DNA of 64,000 nt, taken from Macrostomum hystrix. Its lineage: Eukaryota; Animalia; Platyhelminthes. The stretch spans positions 20,336,001 through 20,400,000 of the forward strand of contig CATNEN010000001.1 in NCBI GenBank assembly GCA_950097015.1. Reading direction: 5' to 3'. A model generated the notes under the pieces. That model had not been told where the DNA came from and searched no databases. It was given only the letters and a program-made list of their open reading frames with translations. This document shows positions 23,701 to 35,700 of the stretch, one piece after another. The number at the start of each line of letters is the position of its first letter. Position 1 is the first letter of the stretch. The translations under genes and the position numbers were made by a program.

Positions 23701-26700
23701 GGAACTTGAACAGGAACAGGAACAGGAACTGGAACAGGAACCGGAACTGGAACAGGAACTGGAACAGGAACTGGAACAGGAACTGGAACAGGAACTGGAA
23801 CAGGAACTGGAACAGGAACTGGAACAGGAACTGGAACAGGAACTGGAACAGGAACTGGAACAGGAACTGGAACAGGAACTGAAATAGGAGCAGGAACAGG
23901 AATAGGGGAATAGGAATAAGAATAGAAATAGGAGCAGGTGCTACGACAGAATTAAAAATTGGTTCTATCTTTCCCTGAACCATGATCGAGTTAGCCTTAT
24001 CAAGAAAAGTGAAAGAAAATTAATTCCATCATATTTTGCGCACATCAGAAGTGAACTGTATCTGTGTGACAATATTGGGATGAGGATAAGGGGATGGGGA
24101 TGCAAGGGATCTGTCCCGGATCCAGTTTCCTGTCCTATGCCGATTGTAGCGAGCCTGTTTGCCAGCGTTTTCTCTGCCTCTTACTGAACTGTACATAGTC
24201 CTGGATCTTTGTAACCAAGTCTTCTAGTTGGCGATGCTGTCTTTCACGGTATTGTAGCAGTTTTTATCCAAAGCAATGTCGCTTCAACATGGAAATTAGT
24301 TAGCGACACAGTTTTCCGTTATAAATTTAGCCTTTTTTTCTTGAGTGAAATCAAAACCTCTTGATACGAGTATTACACTAAGGTCGTTGCTAGGTCGTTA
24401 CTAAGTGGTTGCTAGCTCGTTAATAGGTTGTTGCTAGGTCGTTACTAAGTGGTTGCTAGGTCGTTACTAAGTGGTTGCTAGGTCGTTACTAAGTGGCTGA
24501 TAGGTCGTTACTAACTGATAGGTCGTTACTATGTGGCTGATAGTTCGTTACTAACTGATAGGTCGTTACTATGTGGCTAATAGGTTGTTACTAAGTGGCT
24601 GATAGGTCGTTACTAGGTGGTTGCTATGTCGTTACTAAGTGGCTGCTAGGTCGTTACTAAGTGGCTGCTAGGTCGTTACTAAGTGGTTGCTAGGTCGTTA
24701 CTAAGTGGTTGCCAGGTGGTTCGTTTTCGAGTAGAATTAACGGGAGCCATAAGAAAGTGACAGGTGCACGGTTACTACGCTGTTGTTATGCGGTCTTCAG
24801 CACTCACCAACGGAACAGCTGGGCCCATTCCAGCCCTTGGCGCACTGGCAGGTGCCGTTGACGCAGACGCCTCGGCCGTCAACCTCGCAGAGCGGATCGC
24901 AGGCGCGCAGGTTGCAGCGAAGTCCGCGCCAGCCGGCCTCGCAGCGGCACTCGCCGTCAACGCACCGGCCGTGCTGGCACTGGACCCGGCATGATTCTGT
25001 TTAGTTTATTTGACGTTTAGTTTCAGTTTTCGGAGTGAAGTTTCGGGTTTGGATCCTCAATTATCCCCAACAGCGACTATAACCTCACCTGTTTGACAAT
25101 TATCCCCACCCACTATAACCTCACCTGTTTGACAATTATCCCCACCCACTATAACCTCACCTGTTTGACAATTATCCCCACCCACTATAATCTCACCTGT
25201 TTGACAATTATCCCCAGTGAATCCTTCGTAGCAGACGCAGCGGCCGTCAACAAATCGACCCCGCCGGCTGCATAGCAACTGTTGCTGCCTACAGTCATTG
25301 TGTTGAACCTCTGGCTCCTGGGTGGTGCAGTCGGGACCAGACCAACCAGAAAAACAGCGGCACCTGCCATTGTTACCGCACTGGCCGCGTCCGCTGCAGT
25401 GGTGCTGACCGCATGTCACTGCAGTGGGTTCGGTTGCAATTTTTTAGCTAATCATTTTCGCATAGCAACGAGTCGTACAATATTCAACCAAGGACCACTG
25501 GGAGTGGAAGGACCGGATGCTAGGTTTCTTAGAAAGATGTTTATGAGGCTGGTTTTTTCTGTATCTCCTAAAATATTCAACAAATCACCGTGAAAATGCA
25601 GGGCTAAAATTTTCCGTAGTGTATTTTTCGGCAAAAAAGCATTAGCCCCTAAACGTTTTCTAAGAAACGTCGCATTGCTGTGTATTAAACTAGCCATTGC
25701 GATAAGCTATTGATCTGGCCTCATTAAGGCTTCAAGGATGAATTTCGGAAAACTGACCGGATGTTGAAAAGGCCGCAGCTTTGATTCATCAATGATTTAC
25801 GACCCGACCAATCAGCATTGATAAATGACAAAATCAATAATTACTCGCTTGTAGAAACTCGGTACTAGTGTTTGTTAAAACGCTTGCTTGTTCAATTTCA
25901 GCTTCCGGACTAGCCTCATAGTCCTCCTACTCAAATTTGAGAACTGTAATCTCTGATAGCAGCCAACTCATCGTTGAACATTGCGGAAGCCACCCCACGA
26001 AATTTTAGTTTGTCATTTTTGCGGTTTAAAGGAGAGTTAAACCCAGCAGATGTCACGTGATTGACAGATTGCCTGTGTCAAACATTGACGAGTACTGTAA
26101 AAGTTACAACAGGAGTTGAGCTTGGCTAACTAAATATGCTCTTTGCTGTCTATATCTCTAGCCTCTCTGTCTCTCTGTCTTCTGTCTGTCTTCTGTCTGT
26201 CTCTCTGTCTTTCTCTCTGTCTGTCTCTCTGTCTGTCTCTCTGTCTGTCTCTCTGTCTGTCTCTCTGTCTGTCTCTCTGTCTGTCTCTCTGTCTGTCTCT
26301 CTGTCTGTCTCTCTGTCTGTCTCTCTGTCTGTCTCTCTGTCTGTCTCTCTGTCTGTCTCTCTGTCTGTCTCTCTGTCTGTCTCTCTGTCTGTCTCTCTGT
26401 CTGTCTCTCTGTCTGTCTCTCTGTCTGTCTCTCTGTCTGTCTCTCTCTGTCTCTCTGTCTGTCTCTCTGTCTGTCTCTCTGTCTCTCTGTCTGTCTCTCT
26501 GTCTGTCTCTCTGTCTCTCTGTCTCTGTCTCTCTGTCTGTCTCTCTGTCTGTCTCTCTGTCTCTCTGTCTGTCTCTCTGTCTGTCTCTCTGTCTCTCTGT
26601 CTCTGTCTCTCTGTCTGTCTCTCTGTCTGTCTCTCTGTCTGTCTCTCTGTCTGTCTCTCTGTCTCTCTGTCTCTCTGTCTGTCTCTCTGTCTCTCTGTCT

Positions 26701-29700
26701 GTCTCTCTGTCTCTGTCTGTCTCTCTGTCTCTCTGTCTGTCTCTCTGTCTCTCTGTCTCTCTGTCTCTGTCTCTCTGTCTGTCTCTCTGTCTCTCTGTCT
26801 GTCTCTCTGTCTCTGTCTCTCTGTCTGTCTCTCTGTCTCTCTGTCTCTCTGTCTCTCTGTCTCTCTGTCTCTCTGTCTCTCTGTCTCTCTGTCTGTCTCT
26901 CTGTCTCTCTGTCTGTCTCTCTGTCTCTCTGTCTCTCTGTCTCTCTGTCTGTCTCTCTGTCTCTGTGTCTCTGTCTCTCTGTCTCTGTCTCTCTGTCTGT
27001 CTCTCTGTCTCTGTCTCTCTGTCTGTCTCTCTGTCTCTGTCTCTCTGTCTGTCTCTCTGTCTCTGTCTCTCTGTCTGTCTCTCTGTCTCTCTGTCTCTCT
27101 GTCTGTCTCTCTGTCTCTGTGTCTCTGTCTCTCTGTCTCTGTCTCTCTGTCTGTCTCTCTGTCTCTGTCTCTCTGTCTGTCTCTCTGTCTCTGTCTCTCT
27201 GTCTGTCTCTCTGTCTCTGTCTCTCTGTCTGTCTCTCTGTCTGTCTCTCTGTCTCTGTCTCTCTGTCTGTCTCTCTGTCTCTGTCTCTCTGTCTGTCTCT
27301 CTGTCTGTCTCTCTGTCTGTCTCTCTGTCTGTCTCTCCGTCTCTGTCTCTCCGTCTCTGTCTCTGTGTCTCTGTGTTTCTGTCTATCTGTCTGTCAGAAC
27401 ATACTCAGTTCGTGACTCAGAACACGAATACTGTGACACTGATCAGTCTGCCATGCAGTTTGATTAATACCAAACATTAAACGACAATCCTTTTCTTAGA
27501 AAGTTTTCTCTTAGTGACTGTTCCCTCGGTTCCCTGGGCTGCTCTGCTCGTCTTCACAGCTGTGTTGCATAACAGCTTCAGGGTCACACAACTCCCTACA
27601 ACACTTAAGAGAATTTTTATGTCATTTTTAATCCATAGGCTTGGCCGCATATAGAAAGGGTCAGCGGGAGTCAGAATGGTTTTCAAGTTGCAAAATGTTT
27701 CCTGCAAATTTAGAGCAAATTTCTCTCCGCTTGTTGAACATTTGGGCAGTGGAAACTGAGGTGTCAAATTCCCAAAACTATCGATTCAAAGATTCTCCGA
27801 GTCTAGGTAGGCACAATGTCCCGCTGAGTAGGCTATGCCAGGGGTATTAGTTAGAATTAGGCTACAATTAGACTCCTAGTGTGCTCACTTGAGAACAATA
27901 ACATCAGGCTACATAGGGGGTGGAACCAGCAAGAACCCGAATATATTTTGACAATTTACGATTCACTTAGTTTTAACAAAGCGACCACCGACCAAATTAG
28001 TTATTGAGCATTGATGAAACAGGAGAGAGAACAAGTCCACAATTAGCTGAATGCGTGGCCTAACACCTGGATGACTGTAGACCTGACACCCTCCAGCTCT
28101 GAAGGGTGGCTGAAGTTCTCATTCCGTGGAGAATTCAGTTTAAAAGCAGAATACAAAATAGTTTTCTCGCGGTTGCTGAGCGGGGCTACAGCACTGAACT
28201 GTCAAGTCAAGCAGAAGAGTTGTCACAATGCGGTTCAAGCAACACGTAATTAGCTGTCGATTTTTAACTGACACGACAACATTCTCTTGGTCCGTTGACA
28301 AAGTTTTTAAATAAACAAAGACTTTGCGAGAAAATTCAATTCTAGTCATTTTTGTGTGAGTCGCCAAAATGATTTGTAACTATGCGAGATTTCGGACAGG
28401 TGATTAATTACAGAACTGATCTCGCTATTGGGTAGCTTGTTGGTTAAATTGATATAGAATTAACGGAATAACGAAAAGCGTTACTTTTCAGTTCGCTATA
28501 ATTTTAAGAAAATATTTCTTTTATCTCTTAGTCTCAGTCTCTATTAAAATGCAATTTTAACGATTAACTATTAACTTTCCTTTGAACTTGTGACTGAGAG
28601 GTCGGGGGTTCGATTCTCAGCCCATCCTGATCGCTGGCTGTGGACTCACCATTCTGACAAGTTTCCCCGCCGAATCCGTCGAAGCACTCGCAATGTCCGG
28701 CTCTGCAGCGTCCGTTTCCTGAGCAGAGCGGGTCAGGGCATTCCGACCACGGCACCTCGCATTCTCGACCCTTCCACTGGGGCGAGCAGCGGCAGGTACC
28801 CCGGTCCAGGTAGCCATTGCCGCTGCAGATTTCTAGTGCGTCGGCTGCGGTGAAAATAAAATGCAAAAAGAGAGTCTCTTGTTCATTTCAGGAGATGGAA
28901 AGGAAATGACACGACAACCGATCTGTACCAGAGTACTGAGCAAACAATTAGTTGAGCCCTGAGCACATCGTGATTTGAGCCCTGAGTATATCCCGATTTA
29001 ACCCCTGAGCACATCCTGAGTTGAGCCCTGAGCACATGTTCAATTGACCACTGAGCACATCTTGAGTTGGCCCCTGAGCACATCTTGAGTTTACCCCTGA
29101 CCACGTCCTGAGTTTACCCCTGACCACGTCCTGAGTTTACCCCTGAGCACATCTTGAGTTGGCCCCTGAGCACATCTTGAGTTGGCCCCTGAGCACATCT
29201 TGAGTTGGCCCCTGAGCACATCTTGAGTTGGCCCCTGAGCACATCTTGAGTTGGCCCCTGAGCACATCTTGAGTTGGCCCCTGAGCAACTCGTAGATTGA
29301 CTATAGATTTTACTATTGGTTTCGGATGTAAAAAAATTATTTCGCTTCGAAACATTTTGCCCGAAAAACAGCGTCACTCACCGACGGAACAATCAGGACC
29401 AGTGAAGCCCTGGAAACAGGTGCAGGAGGTGCCTTGGCAGTAGCCGCGATTGTTGCACTCGTTCAGACAGCTCTTCAAACCGTATTCGTGCTCTGGAGTA
29501 GAGGTAGTTTGGTAGTTTATAGTCTATCTGAAGATATTGGGGGTAGTTTGGAGTCTAACCTGAATACCTGGGGGTAGTTTGGAGTCTAACCTGAATACCT
29601 GGGGGTAGTTTGGAGTCTAACCTGAATACCTGGGGGTAGTTTGGAGTCTAACCTGAATACCTGGGGGTAGCTTGGAGTCTAACCTGAATACCTGGGGGTA

Positions 29701-32700
29701 GCTTGGAGTCTAACCTGAATACCTGGGGGTAGTTTGGAGTCTAACCTGAATACCTGGGGGTAGTTTGGAGTCTAACCTGAATACCTGGGGGTAGTTTGGA
29801 GTCTAACCTGAATATCTGGGGGTAGTTTGGAGTCTAACCTGAATACCTGGGGGTAGTTTGGAGTCTAACCTGAATACCTGGGGGTAGCTTGGAGTCTAAC
29901 CTGAATACCTGGGGGTAGTTTGGAGTCTAACCTGAATACCTGGGGGTAGTTTGGAGTCTAACCTGAATACCTGGGGGTAGTTTGGAGACTAACCTGAAGA
30001 TTTTTGGTCCTTTGGCATCGAGTCATGATGTTTCGAGTTAGTTTGCTAGTTTAGACTCCATTTAAAAGTGCAACTCACCCGTTCTCAAGACTTCAATCCG
30101 AATAGGTATAGACTCCGACAAGTCACTAGCCAGTGTCAGATACCACTCTCCGGGTGTCAGATATCGAACCACCGCTTCAGAGTGCAAAGTCTACAGAAAA
30201 GAATGCGGGTTTTGAAATAAATTATTTCATGATTTCAGGAAGACAACCCATTGATAGCCTTGACCGCAGGAAAAGTGCATTGTCGTTATTTAAATAAGTA
30301 TTATCCTGTCCCCTGAACTGTGCACCTATCAAGATATTTGTGCTGCACTTTCTTCATTCTGCATTCATATTTCATTCCTTGAACATTCCACTTCTATTCG
30401 GAAACGCTGGCAGACTGCAGGACAGAAGTGGAACAGCTGACTGACGATGTCGATTGCTGCCTTCTTTCTGGTGGGGGGCTTCGGTGTTTGTCCACTGTTG
30501 GTCTCTTCATTTTGGCAAAGGAAATCCGCGTTTCCTTGAAGATATGAAGGGGCAGAGAGACAAGAGATATGAAGAGGCTGAGAGATAAGAGAGATGAAGA
30601 GGCTGAGAGATAAGAGAGATGAAGAGGCTGAGAGATAAGAGAGATAAAGGGAGAGAGAGACAAAAAAAGAGATATGAAGGGAGACAGACAGGAGAGATGA
30701 AGGGAGACAGACAGGAGAGATGAAGGGACAGAGAGACAAAATATATGAACGGAGTCAGACAGGAGAGATGAAGGGAGTCAGACAGGAGAGATGAAGGGAG
30801 ACAGACAGGAGAGATGAAGGGAGACAGACAGGAGACATGAAGGGAGACAGACAGGAGAGATGAAGGGAGACAGACTTGAGAGATGAGGGAGACAAACAGG
30901 AGAGATGAAGGGAGACAGACAGGAGAGATGAAGGGAGACAGACTTGAGAGATGAAGGGAGACAAACAGGAGAGATGAAGGGAGACAGACAGGAGAGATTG
31001 TGCGGTCCGCAGCTACAGTGAAAGTGTGAAGGCATATATTCAGAGCGAATCAGTCGGTCGTTAGACTGCGGCAACTGCTGGCATTCATTCATTTAGGTGT
31101 TAAAACAAAATTATCTGTTGTTTAAGGAAGAATGTTAATCGCGCCTACTGACAGAATTTATGAAATGATTAAACGACCAAAAAGAAAGCTAGGGGATTTT
31201 ATTTATGTGTATCTTCGTGGCTGTTGGCATACCTTTGTCGGCCCTAATGGGTCATATATCTTTACAATTCTTTTCAGTTATGGTTAAAATTTGGGTGTAT
31301 TAACTTCTAAGGACTAAGGAATTTATTTTTGCTAGAAAACTATAGCCTGTATTATCAACCCAGAAGATCAGTGAAGAGTCACAGATTTTGGCTGTGATTT
31401 ACCCAAGATGAACCTGCAGACAGGACACAAAATCTGTAGTAGATTTGAAAATCTCACTGTACATCTTAGCTAGCCCTGCTGTGTTGTACTTAGATTTTGT
31501 CACTTGGTCATTTACTTATTTTACGGAAGTTGCTTTTGGCATTTGGCCATTCCAACAAAATTGGCCATGAGCCAACTGTATCACAATGGTCATGAGTCAT
31601 TCAGTTATTAATATGGAATATGACATTCAGCTAGAAATAGGTCATTCAGTTAGAATCGGGTCATTCAGTTAGAATCGGGTCATTCAGTTAGAATCGGGTC
31701 ATTCAGTTAGAATTGGGTCATTCAGTTAGAATTGGATCATTCAGTTAGAATCGGGTCATTCAGTTAGAATTGGGTCATTCAGTTAGAATTGGGTCATTCA
31801 GTTAGAATTTTCGTCATTCAGTTAGAATTGGGTCATTCAGTTAGAATCGGGTCATTCAGTTAGAATTGGGTCATTCAGTTAGAATTAGGTCATTCAGTTA
31901 GAATTGGGTCATTCAGTTAGAATTGGGTCATTCAGTTAGAATCGGGTCATTCAGTTAGAATTGGGTCATTCAGTTAGAATTAGGTCATTCAGTTAGAATC
32001 GGGTCATTCAGTTAGAATCGGGTCATTCAGTTAGAATCGGGTCATTCAGTTAGAATTGGGTCATTCAGTTAGAATTGGATCATTCAGTTAGAATCGGGTC
32101 ATTCAGTTAGAATTGGGTCATTCAGTTAGAATTGGGTCATTCAGTTAGAATTTTCGTCATTCAGTTAGAATTGGGTCATTCAGTTAGAATCGGGTCATTC
32201 AGTTAGAATTGGGTCATTCAGTTAGAATTAGGTCATTCAGTTAGAATTGGGTCATTCAGTTAGAATTGGGTCATTCAGTTAGAATCGGGTCATTCAGTTA
32301 GAATTGATCCCATGCTGAACCTGCAGACGGGACACAACAGTCTGTGTGACAAATGCCCAGTGTCCCTAAGCCAGCTAGTCTCACCTTCTGCTGCACATTT
32401 TCCAGTCTGTGAAAGAAGTCCATCTGTACCAGAGTGGGCACACTGTTCCTTCGTATGTAAAGTCCGACTGGCCTTCGATACGGCAGGGTCACATTCACAA
32501 TGGCATAGACGTGACGCCTGCACAGCATCCTGGCTGACCAGAAGCCGTGCCCCGGCAGGTTGACTGTGTACAGTCGACGATCCAGGAGTTCGATTGGCTG
32601 CGAGTTGGGATCGAAATCGCCAAATAGTGGGGCGCCTTTTGATTGACTGTCAGACAGATAGGTCTCTGCTTGGCGGCTTCTCACTGCAAATGTGTTTTGG

Positions 32701-35700
32701 GGTCATTGTAATAAATTAGCTGGACTTTTCGCATCATTTGTTTTGGAATAAATGAGTTATTAATAAGTGGGTCTTGGGTTAGTGACGGGTCATTGCTCTG
32801 TTTGGTTTGGTTTGTATGTTTCATGAGTTTTGGGTCATGGGTTTGTGTGGGTCATGGTTTGTCTAGGTCATTAGTTTGTCTGGGTCATGAGTTTGTCTGG
32901 GTCATGAGTTTGTCTGGGTCATGAGTTTGTCTGGGTCATGAGTTTGTGTGGGTCATGGTTTGTCTAGGTCATGGGTTTGTCCGGGTCATGGGTTTGTCTG
33001 GGTCATGGTTTGTCTAGGTCATGGTTTGTCTAGGTCATGGGTTTGTTCGGGTCATGGGTTTGTCTGGGTCATGGTTTGTCTAGGTCATGGGTTTTTCTGG
33101 GTCATGGGTCTGTGTGGGTCATGGTTTGTCTAGGTCATGGGTTTGTCCGGGTCATGGGTTTGTCTGGGTCATGGGTCTGTGTGGGTCATGGTTTGTCTAG
33201 GTCATGGGTTTGTCCGGGTCATGGGTTTGTCTGGATAATGAGTTTCTCCGGGTCATGAGTTTGTCTGGGTCATGAGTTTGTCTGGATCATGAGTTTGTCT
33301 GGGTCATGAGTCAAGACACCGAATCTACTGGTGGTATTTCGCAGGTGGTAGAACTTAAAAAATATTTTTTGATTCGCTGAATAAACACTCAACTCGCCAC
33401 AATGATCAGATTTTGGTTTTTCCGTCAGATTATATCCCAAGTGTCTATGGTTGAAATGTTTGTTCAACCATCCAAACTGTCTCGCTGAATATTTCCCCTG
33501 AGATCTGACACTTGAGCACGTCCAACCCGAAACGACTCACATTGCTTCATTTCTTTATCTTATTATTTTCTTGGCATAAAAAAATCTGAGGCTTTTTGGT
33601 TTATTCCCCGTGGGCAAATTGACAGGTAAATGATGGATCAGGGGGCACCCCCCGTTGGGGGGAGACCTTGAGGATGAGTCGCGGGAGGAAGTTGAGCAGA
33701 TTTTCGTTGTTGTCAAGGCGCTACTGGGTTGTGGAAGAAGCTGGCAAAGGAGAACTTCAGTTTTGAGGATGCCGCCTTAGCTGTAGGAAGAATCAGACAG
33801 CGTATGAGTCAGTGCCTTGGCTCCGGGGGGTGTGAATTCAGAGGGGCCAAATTGAATTATGATGTCGCCGTCAATTGCAGATAATTGCTTGTGAATTTAG
33901 CCCCAGACGCTTGCGTTGCATAAGATCAGAATTGAGGCAACAGTTAATGATTTTACAGACCCAATTGTTTGAGTTCGTTCTCAACCGTGAAATTAACTGG
34001 GCAAGAGCCTGCGAAAACTGTGGAGATTGGAGATGCAAATATTATTGGGAGACTGAGGCAAGACTAAATTTACTGATAGTTAAAGAGTTAGAGGGAAAAT
34101 TGTTGTTGGATATTGACGTTGGATATATCAGAGAAAAGTTTTATGGTGAGAAGGGCGTATGAAGGGAGAAGGGAGAAGGGAGAAGGGTATATGAAGGGAG
34201 AAGGGAGAAGGGTATATGAAGGGAGAAGGGAGAAGGGTATATGAAGGGAGAAGGGAGAAGGGTATATGAAGGGAGAAGGGAGAAGGGAGAAGGGTGTATG
34301 AAGGGAGAAGGGAGAAGGGAGAAGGGAGAAGGGTATATGAAGGGAGAAGGGAGAAGGGTATATGAAGGGAGAAGGGAGAAGGGTATATGAAGGGAGAAGG
34401 GAGAAGGGTATATGAAGGGAGAAGGGAGAAGGGTATATGAAGGGAGAAGGGAGAAGGGAGAAGAGTGTATGAAGGGAGAAGGGAGAAGGGAGAAGGGAGA
34501 AGGGTATATGAAGGGAGAAGGGAGAAGGGAGAAGGGAGAAGGGAGAAGGGTATATGAAGGGAGAAGGGAGAAGGGAGAAGGGAGAAGGGAGAAGGGAGAA
34601 GGGTATATGAAGGGAGAAGGGAGAAGGGAGAAGGGAGAAGGGAGAAGGGTATATGAAGGGAGAAGGGAGAAGGGAGAAGGGAGAAGGGAGAAGGGTATAT
34701 GAAGGGAGAAGGGAGAAGGGAGAAGGGAGAAGGGAGAAGGGAGAAGGGTATATGAAGGGAGAAGGGAGAAGGGAGAAGGGAGAAGGGAGAAGGGTATATG
34801 AAGGGAGAAGGGAGAAGGGAGAAGGGAGAAGGGAGAAGGGTATATGAAGGGAGAAGGGAGAAGGGAGAAGGGAGAAGGGAGAAGGGAGAAGGGTATATGA
34901 AGGGAGAAGGGAGAAGGGAGAAGGGAGAAGGGAGAAGGGTATATGAAGGGAGAAGGGAGAAGGGAGAAGGGAGAAGGGAGAAGGGAGAAGGGAGAAGGGT
35001 ATATGAAGGGAGAAGGGAGAAGGGAGAAGGGAGAAGGGAGAAGGGAGAAGGGAGAAGGGAGAAGGGAGAAGGGAGAAGGGAGAAGGGAGAAGGGAGAAGG
35101 GAGAACAGAAAATAGAGACTGATAAGAGAGTAAATGAATAATCATTAAAACTCTTCCTTTATAATTGCCAGCAGTCATAACCAATTAACAGCATCGATAG
35201 CATCAATGGTTGATCAGGATTATAGCGGACCCTGGGCCGGTTCTGCTCCGGTTGACAAATATGACTTCAGGGTGTAAAATGCGATCCTCTAGTTAGGATA
35301 TAAATGACGCTAAGGATATTTTTCAATAAAAAGTTTCGCAATCAAATTTATTCCACGTGACCCACCCCGCTTTCATGTGAGCGTGGGAAAAAATACTTGC
35401 ACAAAAATGCGTATCCCCCCAACTGGTGGAGATAAAGCTGACAAAAAATCTTAAGGAAAATACCCCGAAAGAGATTTTTTTTCCCAAATTCAGACTCTGC
35501 CGTCTCGCTTCACCGAGAATCCCCGCGGTGAGCTGTCTGAGAACTAAGTCTGAATATCAAAGGAGACATTTTTTATGTCTATGTGAGTTTATTACTTAGC
35601 TTTTCCCAAGTAGACAAATTTGTATTATTAAGAGGCCACTCCAGGTGTAAGGCAGAACACAGCCATCTCCAATGTTTTAATAATTAATGAGGCTAAAAAA

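Noticed and set aside
21256-27480. Long SL/CL/EQEL-repeat ORFs at 21.3-22.6, 23.5-24.0 and 26.1-27.5 kb
   Set aside because: They are stop-free artefacts of simple repeats inside teneurin introns.
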